Below are positions 43,084-54,426 of a stretch of DNA of 64,000 nt, one piece after another. The stretch's first letter is position 1, and each line of letters starts with the position of its first letter. A program made the translations under genes and the position numbers. The notes under the pieces are model-generated. The model ran no database searches. It was not told where the DNA came from and saw nothing but the letters and a program-made list of their open reading frames with translations. This stretch comes from an uncultured candidate division Zixibacteria bacterium (GTDB lineage: Bacteria > Zixibacteria > MSB-5A5 > GN15 > FEB-12), in assembly GCA_963735035.1 (NCBI GenBank), contig CAVTJJ010000004.1, positions 416,001 through 480,000 of the forward strand, given 5' to 3'.

Positions 43084-43644
43084 ATGAACGATTCCATCTT
43101 CTTCCGACGTCAAAGCAAGCGGGCATATCTGGCGAAGGCCATCCCCGATGACGCCCTGGACCGCATCTATGAAAAAGTCCGCTGGTCGCCGTCGTGCAAC
43201 AACAACCAGCCCTGGCGGTTTGTGTTCGTGTTCGATCCGGAGCAACGCGCCCGATTCATGACCGCCCTGCCCAAGGGGAACCAGTGGGCAGGGGCCGCAC
43301 CGGCGCTGATAGCGGTATGCGGCCGTCAGGTCGATGACCACACCCGCGACGACGATCCAGTGATGTATTACCAGTTCGACTGTGGTCTCGCGGTGATGTC
43401 GTTACTGCTGGCGGCCACCGAAGAAGGTCTGATGGCGCACCCGATGGCGGGGTATGATGCCCTCGCGTTGCACGATGTGCTCGAGATTCCAGCGGAGTAT
43501 CATGTCATGTGCATTATTGCGATGGGGTATCCGGGGTCGATTAATACGCTTGATGAACGCACGCGCCTGAAAGACGAAGCACCGAGGACGCGCAAGGAAC
43601 TGACGGAGATTATCTTCACCGACCGATTCGTCCGCAATTCGTAA
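43084..43644 (+). CDS. Nitroreductase-family protein
   Basis: RQSKRAY, WSPSCNNNQPWRF, DCGLAVMSLLLAATEEGLMAHPMAG. ATG 43084 follows GGAGG. Confidence 0.9.
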   Translation: MNDSIFFRRQSKRAYLAKAIPDDALDRIYEKVRWSPSCNNNQPWRFVFVFDPEQRARFMTALPKGNQWAGAAPALIAVCGRQVDDHTRDDDPVMYYQFDCGLAVMSLLLAATEEGLMAHPMAGYDALALHDVLEIPAEYHVMCIIAMGYPGSINTLDERTRLKDEAPRTRKELTEIIFTDRFVRNS

Positions 43645-43837
43645 TTACGGTATATCTGCGGGCGGCACACTGCCTGCCCCAGACTTGATCGGGGGTCCTC
43701 GTGTGCCCCTTGACGTAAAACGTTTGTGTGAGCTGGAAACGGGGCAGACCAGGAGGTCTGCCGCCCACTATCGATTCTACCTGTTGACAGGACCACCCGC
43801 CGACATTTATATTCGCAAAAAAGAAACGGGGATCGGT

Positions 43838-45466
43838 TTGATTCGTCTCGGATTAGCAGCGATTATACTTTTGACAGTGGTTGGTCTCGTACCCGGCACA
43901 GTCTCTGCCGGCGAGACCGACAGCACTAAGTTTCGGATTCAGGACTATATACCGGACAGGATTTCCGATTTCGAATGGAAACTTGACGGATTGGCGAGTG
44001 CCCGTGACGGCTCCGGCGAGCAACCCACAATTCATCATAATTTTTCAAAGTACTATCGTGAGGCCGAATCCTGGGAATCGAACTCTCGCACTCTCGAAAT
44101 TGCCAACAACTGGCGCTATAGATACGAGTCGCGTCAGGGCTTCGTGGATCTTAATCTCGGCCTAAGCACAGACTTCTATCATGATGAGTATGACAACGTT
44201 GACTCCACAGTTGACACCATCGGTCTCTGGCAGATCGCAAGCCATGAACAGCCCTATACATCTGCTGCTTACCACGTTCCGCTGGCGGGTGAAATTCGCA
44301 GATACGTATTTTCCAATACTTTTGTGACAGCGGTCGGCGATTTGTATTACTCGTATTACCGGAATAAGTCCAAAGAGTTGACCAACACTCATCTGGAAAG
44401 GCCCGATAGCTTGTCGAGCCTGACTGAGATGACTGATGTAGAAGAAGAGGTAGCGACACGCCGGACTAGCCGAAACCTTGATTTCGTAGGTGAGATTCGT
44501 TTGGGTTGGGGACGTGTATACGAGGGCAAGTACGCCGCTACTGCATTGTATGTCACGAATGAACTAAAGAAAGCGCGGCTTCTCGCCAGGGACCCCGGCC
44601 GTTCCGAGATGCTCTCTTTGACCAAACAGATTCACGCCTATCGGGAGGGCCATTCCTGGGATCGCCGTGAGTATCGCGCCAGTTCTTTGCAGGCCATCCT
44701 CGCGAATCTCCATTCCGCGGGTCTGATTGCCGACGAAAGTGCATACGCTTTATTATGTGTGGAGGATGTACTTGATTACTTTCCCGCCGGCAGCAGACGC
44801 TTTGGGTGGGATATTCAGGCCGGATTTGGCGGCCATGACCGCTATTACAACTACGAGACTGACCAGGAAACAAGACGGTGGACCACCACATCACTCTGGA
44901 ATCAGGACAGCACCTGGATTGCAGACACGATCAGCGCCACCTACGTTGAGGAACAAAAGACTACGCATACCAGAGAATTCGCTCCTACGGATCATCTGGT
45001 CCTGCAGATGGGTTACTACCGGCCGCTTTCGCCAAGATGGCAATTCAATTTCTCGGCCCGCTCCTGGTGGTTCCTTAACCGGAACACCCAACCTGAGAAC
45101 ATTGATTACCTGCCTGGTTATAAGTACTGGCGGACTTTTGATCGCGTAGTGATGTCCGGTGAGACTGAAATTCAATATTTGTATGACGCCAGGACCGCCT
45201 TGCTCTTGAACGCTTCGTTGATAGACACCACGAGAACCGATAAATACCGGAGCTACCATACAGAAGAGATTATTGGTTGGAAGATTCACAGCCGGATCTT
45301 TCAGATGCGTCTGGGGGGGACATACCGAATGACTCCATCCACAACTCTATCCGTTAATTGGCAGTACTTGAAGTATCTCAGTACCGTAACGCAAGTCGAT
45401 TTGGAGACCAGGAGCAAATCGAAGCGAGCTTATCTCTCGTTCGGCATCACCCACTGGCTGTTCTGA
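43838..45466 (+). CDS. Hypothetical exported protein, probable outer-membrane beta-barrel
   Basis: Signal peptide from TTG 43838 (start uncertain), aromatic-rich strands, C-terminal YLSFGITHWLF. Confidence 0.7.
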   Translation: MIRLGLAAIILLTVVGLVPGTVSAGETDSTKFRIQDYIPDRISDFEWKLDGLASARDGSGEQPTIHHNFSKYYREAESWESNSRTLEIANNWRYRYESRQGFVDLNLGLSTDFYHDEYDNVDSTVDTIGLWQIASHEQPYTSAAYHVPLAGEIRRYVFSNTFVTAVGDLYYSYYRNKSKELTNTHLERPDSLSSLTEMTDVEEEVATRRTSRNLDFVGEIRLGWGRVYEGKYAATALYVTNELKKARLLARDPGRSEMLSLTKQIHAYREGHSWDRREYRASSLQAILANLHSAGLIADESAYALLCVEDVLDYFPAGSRRFGWDIQAGFGGHDRYYNYETDQETRRWTTTSLWNQDSTWIADTISATYVEEQKTTHTREFAPTDHLVLQMGYYRPLSPRWQFNFSARSWWFLNRNTQPENIDYLPGYKYWRTFDRVVMSGETEIQYLYDARTALLLNASLIDTTRTDKYRSYHTEEIIGWKIHSRIFQMRLGGTYRMTPSTTLSVNWQYLKYLSTVTQVDLETRSKSKRAYLSFGITHWLF

Positions 45467-45469
45467 GTG

Positions 45470-46117
45470 TCATGCCTTGATGCCGTCGAACAGGAACGAA
45501 ATCAAATATTCCCCCGTACGGTGAAGTGGGACACTTCGGCCCGAGAACTGACGCAGCAACAGCGCCTCAAGAATCATCGACACCAGATACTCGGTCAGGT
45601 CAACGTCGAAATCCCCTCGAATTTCCCCGGTCTGAACCGCTCGCGCGACGATTTCTTTGACATACAGCCGCAGATGGCGTTCGAGATCGATCCCCTCCAG
45701 CATCACGCCCGCATGATCCAGGCCGTGCGTCACAAACAGAAAGAACTTCTGTTCAGATTGATGCAGCTTGGCATTTACCACCAGCGAATCGTACAGGTAT
45801 CTCAGGCGGTCTTTGGCCATCGCCGATTTTTCGTTCTGACGTAATTCCGCCACCCACTTGGTGAGGTAATCATCGAATACCAGAATCGTGAATTCCAGCA
45901 GGTGGCTTTTCGACTCGAAATACTGAAAGAACGAGCCCTTGGAAATGCCGGCGTCGTGACAGATGCGGTCAACGGATAAACCGTCGTAGCCATACTCACC
46001 AAACAGACGTGTGGCGGCCCGGTAGACCTGGAGCTTCTTGTCCGGTGTGAGGCGGCGGAATGTGTCCGACACTACGCGGCGGCGGACCAGATCAGAAACT
46101 ACGTTTTCGTCAAGCAT
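45470..46117 (-). CDS. TetR/AcrR-family transcriptional regulator
   Basis: AATRLFGEYGYDGLSVDRICHDAGISKGSFFQYFESK HTH. Confidence 0.92.
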   Translation of the reverse strand: MLDENVVSDLVRRRVVSDTFRRLTPDKKLQVYRAATRLFGEYGYDGLSVDRICHDAGISKGSFFQYFESKSHLLEFTILVFDDYLTKWVAELRQNEKSAMAKDRLRYLYDSLVVNAKLHQSEQKFFLFVTHGLDHAGVMLEGIDLERHLRLYVKEIVARAVQTGEIRGDFDVDLTEYLVSMILEALLLRQFSGRSVPLHRTGEYLISFLFDGIKA

Positions 46118-46135
46118 GTGTGTTCTCCGTTGAGC

Positions 46136-46425
46136 CGTAGGTCGGTTTAGTAGGTCCGGAGCCCTTAGGCTCCTGACAGCGTATACGCTCTTTGTTGCGA
46201 AATGTCAGGAGGCTCGGGTCTCCTGAGCTACTAAGCAATCTTGTAGGTCGAAACCAGTCCGCTTCGGTCGGTTTCGACATCATCATAAGTCACTCTCCGG
46301 CCTACATGTCTGGGTCCCTGCCTCCGCAGGGATGACATCCACCCACCGCAAGCGGCGGGGCGCCAGGGACGCAGCCGCCCGAAGTTGCGAAGTGTCAGGA
46401 GCCTAAGGGCTCCTGACCTACTAAG
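46136..46425. repeat. GTAG-type REP cluster
   Basis: GTAGGTCCGGAGCCCTTAGGCTCCTGAC, GTCAGGAGGCTCGGGTCTCCTGAGCTAC, GTCAGGAGCCTAAGGGCTCCTGACCTAC. Confidence 0.75.
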
Positions 46426-46459
46426 CTGACCTGCTATCATTCATTCGCATCTTATCCGT

Positions 46460-46477
46460 TATGACCAAACGGTCATA
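46460..46477. promoter_or_regulatory. Candidate TetR operator
   Basis: Palindrome TATGACC-AAAC-GGTCATA between the divergent tetR and ino1 genes. Confidence 0.5.
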
Positions 46478-46609
46478 TGTCATGTACTATTATTATATAT
46501 TTTGTCTTCGCGCGCCAGTGATTATTGACGGATCGCTGTCAACCCCGATATATTCCGGCCGTTAAGAATGAACGCTAAGAAAGCTCATAATGATAGAAGG
46601 GATTCAGCC

Positions 46610-47801
46610 ATGAGCAACAAAGTCAGAGTAGCCATTATCGGCGTCGGCAACTGCGCCTCATCGCTGGTGCAGGGTGTCGAGTTTTATAAGAAGGCCAAGG
46701 ACGAAGATAAAGTCCCCGGTCTGATGCATGTCAATCTCGGCGGCTATCACATTCGCGACATCGAGTTCTCAGCCGCGATCGATATCGACAAGAACAAGGT
46801 CGGCAAGGATCTATCCGAGGCGATCTACACCTGGCCGAATTGCACCTACAAATTCTGCGATGTGCCGAAATCGGGCATCAAGGTCCAGCGCGGCATGACC
46901 CACGACGGTCTGGGTCACTACCTCAGCCAGATCATCGAGAAGGCCCCCGGCGACACGGTTGACATCGTGAAGCTGCTCAAGGACACCAGGACCGACGTCG
47001 TGGTCAACTACCTTCCGGTCGGTTCGGAAGAAGCCACCAAGTGGTACGTCGAGCAGATTCTGGACGCCGGTTGCGGTCTCGTGAACTGCATCCCGGTCTT
47101 TATCGCGCGAGAAGCTTACTGGCAGAAGCGGTTCAAGGAGCGCGGATTGCCGGTGATCGGTGACGACATCAAGTCGCAGGTGGGTGCGACCATCATGCAC
47201 CGGATACTGACCCGTCTGTTCCTGGAGCGCGGCGTGCATCTCGACCGGACCTCGCAGCTTAACGTCGGCGGCAACACCGACTTTTTGAACATGTTGGAGA
47301 GATCTCGTTTGGAGTCCAAGAAAATCTCCAAGACCAACGCCGTGACCAGTCAGCTCGACTATGAAATGAGCGCCGAGCAACATTCACATCGGACCGTCGG
47401 ACTACGTCGAATGGCTTCAGGACCGGAAGTGGGCCTACATTCGTATGGAAGGGACCACGTTCGGCAACGTGCCGCTCAACGTCGAGCTCAAGATGGAAGT
47501 CTGGGACAGCCCGAACTCGGCCGGTGTGGTTATCGACGCTGTTCGCTGCTGCAAGCTGGGTCTGGACAACGGCCTCTCGGGGGCCCTGATAGAGCCGTCG
47601 TCGTACTTCAAGAAGTCCCCGCCGGTTCAGTACACCGATGAACAGGCCCGTCAACTGACCGAGGAATTCATTGCCAAGTACGGTTGGAAACAGGCCGGGC
47701 AGAAGCAGCCGCTGAAAGTTGCGGCGCGCAAGCCGCAAAAGGCCAAGACGGCAACAGCCAAATCGACCGGTACCAAACGGGTGGTGAAGACAAAAAAGTA
47801 G
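46610..47801 (+). CDS. ino1: myo-inositol-1(3)-phosphate synthase, one apparent +1 frameshift near 47377
   Basis: [53 protein letters not shown], then next frame [15 protein letters not shown]...[18 protein letters not shown]...YFKKSPP. Confidence 0.93.
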
Positions 47802-47831
47802 TGTCGCCCGCGTGACACTTTCGATAGTTTG

Positions 47832-47859
47832 AACCGGCGACATGGGTCGCCGGTTTTTT
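47832..47859 (+). terminator. Rho-independent terminator after ino1
   Basis: AACCGGCGAC-ATGG-GTCGCCGGTT followed by a T-run. Confidence 0.8.
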
Positions 47860-47884
47860 CTTTATTGTATATGGGTGCATCCGA

Positions 47885-48520
47885 ATGAAAGTCAGGCGTC
47901 GAAAAAGCGGTCTCTTTGTAACCTTCGAAGGTATCGACGGGTGCGGCAAGTCAACACAATTGGAGTTCAGCCGTGCTTACCTTCGCTCCAAAGGTTACGA
48001 TGTAGTAACGCTCAGAGAGCCGGGTTCGACCCCGACCGCCGAGAAGATCCGTCGACTGCTTCTGGACAAGAAATCTGCTCTTACCGATCTCGCGGAATTG
48101 CTGTTATATGAGGCCGCTCGGGCCGAAATCACCCAGCGGGAAATTCTGCCGCATCTGAAAGCGGGTCGCATTGTCCTGTGTGATCGCTTCTATGACAGCA
48201 CTACCGCCTATCAGGGTTATGGTCGCGGGCTTGACCTTGAAATGGTCCGGTGTTTGCATAAAGTTGCAGTCGGCGAATGCGTGCCCGACCTGACTCTGGT
48301 GTTTGACGTCTCGCTGAAGACAGCAACCGAGCGGCTCGGCCCTAACCGCGACCGGCTCGAATCGCAGCCACCTGCGTTTCATAAGCGGGTGAGGCAGGGG
48401 TTTCTAGAAATCGCCGCTTCGGAATCCAAGCGCGTCAAAGTAGTCGATACAACCGGACCGAAGGATCAAGTATTCGCGGCGGTTCGTCGCTATCTGGACA
48501 GGAAACTGAAGCACCTATGA
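47885..48520 (+). CDS. tmk: Thymidylate kinase
   Basis: FEGIDGCGKSTQ, REPG, LCDRFYDSTTAYQG. Confidence 0.96.
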   Translation: MKVRRRKSGLFVTFEGIDGCGKSTQLEFSRAYLRSKGYDVVTLREPGSTPTAEKIRRLLLDKKSALTDLAELLLYEAARAEITQREILPHLKAGRIVLCDRFYDSTTAYQGYGRGLDLEMVRCLHKVAVGECVPDLTLVFDVSLKTATERLGPNRDRLESQPPAFHKRVRQGFLEIAASESKRVKVVDTTGPKDQVFAAVRRYLDRKLKHL

Positions 48521-50097
48521 CCTCTGTCCCGCTGGCACAACGCAAGCCGCTGATTCTATCGGCTCTGTTTCTGGTTTTGACCGTCTTGCTGGCGGGCGGG
48601 AGTGCTGTCTACGTTTTGTCCGATGTCGGTTTGAAGGACAGTCTGGATCTGCTCCGGGTGGCGGCTACGGTCAATCAACTCTACCAGCATGAAGTCAACT
48701 GGGACAAGCTTACTCAATCGGCGATGGAGGGAATGTTCTCCCGCCTGGATCGTTACTCCGGATATGTTCCGCCTCGAACATGGGATCGGATGCGCGAAGA
48801 ACTTGGTGGGAGTTACTCCGGCATAGGGATTTCGGTGACGGAGGACGAAAACGGACTGCTGGTTATGTCGGTCCGCGAAAGCGGCCCGGCGGCCACGGCC
48901 GGCATTCTCACCGGCGATGTAATTATTGCCGTCGATAGCACACGGCTACGGGGCCTTACCGCCGAAGAATCGACCGATATCCTGCGCGGGCCGGAAGGAA
49001 CGAACGCCGAGCTCATGGTGCTTCGGCCGGTCGATCACGACACGCTGAAAGTTACCGTGACCCGCAAGGAGATCGATTTCCAGCATATCCCATTTGCCGG
49101 GTACACGCCCGATTCAGTGCTCTATATCCGGCTGCTTGATTTTGACGCCGGTGCTTCGCGCGACGTAAAGTCTGCTCTTGATTCTCTTCTGACCAAGCCA
49201 GGAACCCGGGCCCAGGGGGTAATACTAGACCTTCGCGGCAATCCGGGGGGGTTGTTTGCCGAGGCTTTTCAGACCGCCAATCTGTTCCTTGAGAAGGGAC
49301 GGTTCATAGTCGGTACAGATGGCCGCTCACGCTGGGAAGAGGAGAGCTTCTACTCGCAGGGACCGGATATAACTCACGGCCTCCCGATGGCGATACTGGT
49401 GGATCGAGGTTCGGCGTCATCGTCCGAGATCGTGGCCGGGTCTCTCAGCCAGTTGGGGCGGGCAGTGTTGGTCGGCGACACTACTTACGGCAAGGGGCTG
49501 GTGCAGGGGTTCAGACGGCTGGACGACGGCAGTGGTGTTCGGCTGACCGTGTCACGCTACTATCTGGCCGGTCCACTCTATCTCAATCAGTTTGACACTA
49601 CACTCAACGAGACCGGGCGGGGCCTGCCTCCCCAGCACGTCGTCAAGTTTACTGATGAAGAGCCGTTTCCGTGGGCGCTGGAGCGCTCGCTGCTCTTGAA
49701 TCGCTTTGCTACCGGCCATCAGGACGAAATCATTGCCGCTACAGATCAGTTTGACCTTGATGACTCCTGGATCAATCGGTTCGAGCAATACGCCCTCAGC
49801 GAAGGGTTCAAATACAATTCGCTCACCACGGACCGAGCGGTGGGTCTTTCCGAAGAGGCGGTCAAAGAGGACGTAACGCGCCCGCTCCGACTTCAAGTAG
49901 AAAGTCTGTTGGAGCAGTCCCGAAAGATGGATCAGGGCGAATTCACTCGCCATGGACAGTACATCAAAATGAGACTCAAACAGATCGCGCTCGAACGCAA
50001 GTTCGGGAGCTACATCGCCTATCTGAAAGCCGTGGTGCCCTCGCGGTCTGATATTCAAATTGCCGCCCAACTCCTGAAATCACCCGATCATGACTGA
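48517..50097 (+). CDS. S41-family C-terminal processing peptidase
   Basis: PDZ GIGI, ILDLRGNPGG, SASSSEIVAG, TYGKGLVQ. Confidence 0.92.
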   Translation: MTSVPLAQRKPLILSALFLVLTVLLAGGSAVYVLSDVGLKDSLDLLRVAATVNQLYQHEVNWDKLTQSAMEGMFSRLDRYSGYVPPRTWDRMREELGGSYSGIGISVTEDENGLLVMSVRESGPAATAGILTGDVIIAVDSTRLRGLTAEESTDILRGPEGTNAELMVLRPVDHDTLKVTVTRKEIDFQHIPFAGYTPDSVLYIRLLDFDAGASRDVKSALDSLLTKPGTRAQGVILDLRGNPGGLFAEAFQTANLFLEKGRFIVGTDGRSRWEEESFYSQGPDITHGLPMAILVDRGSASSSEIVAGSLSQLGRAVLVGDTTYGKGLVQGFRRLDDGSGVRLTVSRYYLAGPLYLNQFDTTLNETGRGLPPQHVVKFTDEEPFPWALERSLLLNRFATGHQDEIIAATDQFDLDDSWINRFEQYALSEGFKYNSLTTDRAVGLSEEAVKEDVTRPLRLQVESLLEQSRKMDQGEFTRHGQYIKMRLKQIALERKFGSYIAYLKAVVPSRSDIQIAAQLLKSPDHD

Positions 50098-50773
50098 GCC
50101 TCGGACCGTCATATTCTGCGATTTCGACGGAACCGCGGCTACGCGCGATGTCGGATACAATCTCTACCATCATTTCTCAGGCGGGAAGAATGACGCCCTG
50201 TTGCCGGACTGGAAGTCCGGGCGGTTGACGACCCGGGACTGCATGCGACTCGAATGCGAGATGGTGCAGGCGACACCCCAGGAGATAGATGACTTTCTCG
50301 ACCCTTTTGGTCTTGATCCGACTTTCGCGCCATTTGTAGGCCTTTGCGGCACATCGGGTATTCAGGTCATAATCGTATCCGAGGGGCTGGAGTTCTATAT
50401 CAGGAAGCTGCTTACGCGGGAAGGCCTCGAAGATTTGGAGGTCAAAAGCAATATCGGTCATCGGGAGAACGGTGGCCTTCGGATCGAATTTCCTTACGAG
50501 TTTCGTGTCTGTGCGGGGTGTGGCAACTGCAAGGCCGCCCGAATTGAGGAGTATCGTCGGGCCCAATCTGAACCCTGCCGGGTGGTGTATGTGGGCGACG
50601 GCTACTCCGATGCCTGCGGGGCCGGGGCGGCGGATGTCGTCTTTGCGAAAAAAGACCTGATCGACTATTGCGAGACAAACGGCATTTCGTATTATAGATA
50701 TGCTAATTTCAAGGACGTTTCCGACCGATTGATACAACAAGGGCTCCTGAAGCCCGGACGTATGTCATTTTGA
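50090..50773 (+). CDS. HAD-IB phosphatase (MtnX-like)
   Basis: FCDFDGT, IVSEG, CGNCK, YVGDGYSD, VFAK. Confidence 0.88.
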   Translation: MTEPRTVIFCDFDGTAATRDVGYNLYHHFSGGKNDALLPDWKSGRLTTRDCMRLECEMVQATPQEIDDFLDPFGLDPTFAPFVGLCGTSGIQVIIVSEGLEFYIRKLLTREGLEDLEVKSNIGHRENGGLRIEFPYEFRVCAGCGNCKAARIEEYRRAQSEPCRVVYVGDGYSDACGAGAADVVFAKKDLIDYCETNGISYYRYANFKDVSDRLIQQGLLKPGRMSF

Positions 50774-50786
50774 TGAAAGCATAGGA

Positions 50787-53290
50787 ATGAAAGCAGTCGT
50801 CATGGCCGGCGGTTTCGGGACCCGACTCCGCCCGCTCACGATAAATACACCCAAACCGATGGTGCCGATCGGCAATGTCCCGATGATGGAACATGTGGTC
50901 GGGCTGCTGGCGCGCCACGGTCTCACCGATGTCACATCGCTGCTCTATTTTCATCCTGAGAGTATTCGCAACTATTTCGGTGACGGCTCCAGGGTCGGCG
51001 TCCAGATGGCTTACGAAAAGCCGAGCGATGATCTCGGTACCGCCGGGGCAGTTCGCTATGCGTTGGGCGAGCCCCGCGAACCGGTGCTGGTGATATCCGG
51101 CGACCTGGTGACCAATTTTGATCTGGCCGAAGCCATAAAATGGCACAAAGAAAAGAAGGCCGACGCCACTATCCTGCTCACTCGCGTAGAGAATCCGATC
51201 GCTTACGGCATTGTCATCACTGACGATGACGGCCGAATTGTCGAATTCCTCGAAAAGCCCACCTGGGGCGAGGCGTTCTCAGACACCATCAATACTGGCA
51301 TTTATATTCTCGAACCTCAGGCGGCGGCGCTGATCCCCAAGGACGAGAATTTTGATTTTTCCCAGAACCTGTTCCCGCTCATGCTCAAGAACGGCATGAA
51401 GCTTCACGGGAAGATTATGGACGGGTACTGGAAGGATGTGGGCAACACCGACGAATATTTCCGCGCCCACTTCGATCTCTTTGCCGGCGACCTGACTTTG
51501 CCGCTCAAGAACAGCAAGGAAGAAATTGACGGGGCCGTAGTCTACAAGGGTCGCAATGTTCGTCTCGGTCAGGATGTGAAATTCTCCGGCACGGTGCTTC
51601 TGGGTGATGACGTCAATGTGGGTGACGGCGCTCAACTCTACAACTGTGCCCTCGGCCAACGGGTAAGGGTGGGTTCGCGCAGTAGTATCAAAGACTCGGT
51701 AGTCTGGTCGGATACGGCCATAGGCAGCGAGTGCCGCTTCTCGCGCGCCCTGGTTTGTGCCGCAGTACAGGTCGGCGACAATGTTGAGCTGGCCGATCAC
51801 TCGATCGTTTCCGACGAATGCGTGGTCGGCGATTCCGCGACGGTTCGGGCTAACTGCAAGATCTGGCCGGGGAAGAAAGTCGACGAGGGCGCGATTGTGT
51901 CATCGTCGCTGGTCTGGGGCGACGCCTGGAACCGGGAGCTGTTCACCGATTCGAAAATAACCGGTCTGGCGCTGACCGAGATTACGCCGGAGATGGCGGT
52001 CAAGGTTGGGGCGGCGTTCGGCGCTACGCTCGGTCAGGGCAGCGCTGTCGTGACGAGCCGCGAAGTTTCCGACGTGGCCCAGTTGCTCCGTCGTTCCGTG
52101 ATGTCCGGCCTGATGGCGTCCGGGGTCAATGTTTATGACCTCGAGACTCTCCCCGTGCCGGTTGTGCGGTATGCACTGAAGAAAGGCGACTACGCTGCCG
52201 GCATGTATGTTCGCCACAACCCGGTCGACTATCGTTATCTCGATTTCATATTCTTCCACGGCTCGGCGCTCGACATGCCGACCTCTCAGCTCAAGAAAGT
52301 TGAGCGCAATTATTTCGGCGAAGACTTCAAGCGCGCTTCGATCAGCGAGATCGGTCACCTGGACTACCCGCAGCGGGTGTTGCGTGACTACCAGGCTGAT
52401 TTCATGGCCGAGGTTGATGTCGATATCATCCGCGAGGCCGGGTTCAAAATTGTGGTCGATTACGCCCACGGATCGTCGTCCGAGGTATTCCCCGATCTGT
52501 TCTCACGCCTGGGCATCTCCAGCACCGAGTTGAATTCCCACCCGAATCCGCTGAAATCGTCGGTGCCGCCCGAAGAGTCAGCCCGTGCTACCGTGCAGCT
52601 TGTCGGCCATCGTGCGCTCGCTCAACGCCGACGTGGGCTTCCGCGTCAATCCGGCCGCCGAGAAACTGACCGTGGTGGACGAAAACGGCCGCCCGTTGGA
52701 CGATCAGACGCTCTTGATGCTGGTAACTGAGCTTTATATTCGTACGCATCATCCCGAGAAGATCGCTGTTCCGGTGGCGGCGTCGATGGGGATCGAAGAG
52801 ATCGCCGACCGCTACGGAGTACAGGTCGTGCGGGTGACGAACGACCATCAGGCGATGATGAAAGTCCACATGTCGGGTGAGGTTGATTTTGTCGGCGGTA
52901 CGCGCGGCGGCTTTGTCATGTCGACGATTCCACAGCGGTGCCGACGCCATTTTCGCACTGGTGAAACTGCTTCAAATGATGGCGCAGACCCGGGGCCGCC
53001 TGGGACACCTTCGCACCAACTACGAACACCTGGTGCGGCAAACCGTCTCGGTACCCTGTCCCTGGTCGCGCAAGGGGACGGTCATGCGCCGACTGATCAC
53101 CGAGTCGGTGAACAAGCGACGGCAATTGATCGACGGCGTCCGCATTATCGAGGATGACGGCTGGGTGTTGATCGCGCCGGACCGGTTCAACGCGGCGTTT
53201 AATATCTTTGCCGAATCGAAGTCGCGTAAGGTGACCGAATCGCTTATCAGCAATTATAAGTCGGTGGTGGAGAACTGCCAGGAAGCGTAG
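50787..53290 (+). CDS. Mannose-1-phosphate guanylyltransferase fused to phosphomannomutase-like domains, two apparent +1 frameshifts
   Basis: MAGGFGTRLRPLT..PKPMVP, EKP, DTINTGIY, hexapeptide repeats, then PMM-like core. Shifts near 52600 and 52925. Confidence 0.85.
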
Positions 53291-53316
53291 GGCAGGTCGC
53301 CGGCAAAAAGGCATGG

Positions 53317-53347
53317 GCCGCCGACCTCCCACGGTCGGCGGTTTCTT
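53317..53347 (+). terminator. Terminator-like hairpin
   Basis: GCCGCCGACC-TCCCAC-GGTCGGCGGT followed by TTCTT. Confidence 0.65.
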
Positions 53348-53348
53348 G

Positions 53349-54426
53349 TTATTGTGTGCGAGGGGCTGGTGCAGGCGGTGCAAAGAACGATGTTCCCATG
53401 ACGCTGTCAAAACGCTGGCCGACGTCTCGATCCGTGAGATTTCGAGTGTTGCACCCACGCATCCGGATGGCGTTATCGGTGGTATTGAAGTAACATAGGC
53501 GAGTCCGCTCAGTATTGAAGCAGGTACCGAAGATCTGCAAGCCACTCGAGTCGTTTCGCGGCACCACCACGTCAAAGTCGTACTTGAGCGTATCGCCGGT
53601 AGCAAGATCGAACTGGAATGACGTGTCGCCGAGGCATCTGACATGATCGGTGAGTATTCTGATGCGAACATCCTTGCACATCGCATCCCCTCGAGCAAGG
53701 AGTCTCAGACGAACCACGCTGTCCGTGGCCACCATGTGAATCGGATTTATGTCCATGTCGAACATGTTCCTCGCCGTATCGATAACTCCCCCGTCCGCGG
53801 CATTGGGGATTGGCCCCGCCGAAATGTGGTTCCATACGGCCTCCTGATCTGCCCGGAACCTCGCATCTAGCTGCTTCATTGCCACAGCTCTCGGCCTCTG
53901 CTTCTGCCCGCGCTCGCGCCTGTGGGCTGAACCGAAAGTCGTACGGATAACATCTAACTGAGTCCTGGGTCTGCGACGAACGAGTAATGTGCCACCAGTG
54001 CGATCGCTTACGCCGGACCACCCTAACTAAGTTCAAACGCGCTTGTGTCAGACGCCGGAACGACGAGGTCGATGTAGTATGTGAGAGTATCTCCGACCTT
54101 ACCCGGAAAGGTCCAATTAGTGGCGAGGTGCATTGAAGCTTGTCCAGATTTGTCTAAGGTTACCGATGATGTCGCTGCATTCAACCTTGGGTACGACGGT
54201 GAGTTCAAGTCTCAATGGTCCCGGCCGAGTGGGCGAAGTGACAACCTGATCGCCGCTAGACTTCAAAGGGACCATTCTCAACCAACGGCGGAAATCCGCC
54301 GTCCGTTCCATATTGTGGAATGGTATCATCTGAGAATTCGACTACTGCCGAATCTGTAAGCACTTGCCCTACCAAGCCGCACACCGCCCATAGAGATGCT
54401 GACAAGAAGATCGCACGCCAGTTCAT
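53349..54426 (-). pseudogene. Fragmented secreted hypothetical protein with an internal duplication (pseudogene or error-rich sequence)
   Basis: AGGAGG plus ATG 54426 (MNWRAIFLSASLWAVCGL). Pieces in several frames, including GDTLTYYIDLVVPASDTS and GDTLKYDFDVVVPRNDSS. Confidence 0.5.

Noticed and set aside
46458..46468. 11-nt match (GTTATGACCAA) between spacer 7 and the candidate TetR operator
   Set aside because: Matches this short are expected by chance in 64 kb, and it lies away from the predicted seed end. No full self-target was seen by eye in the window.
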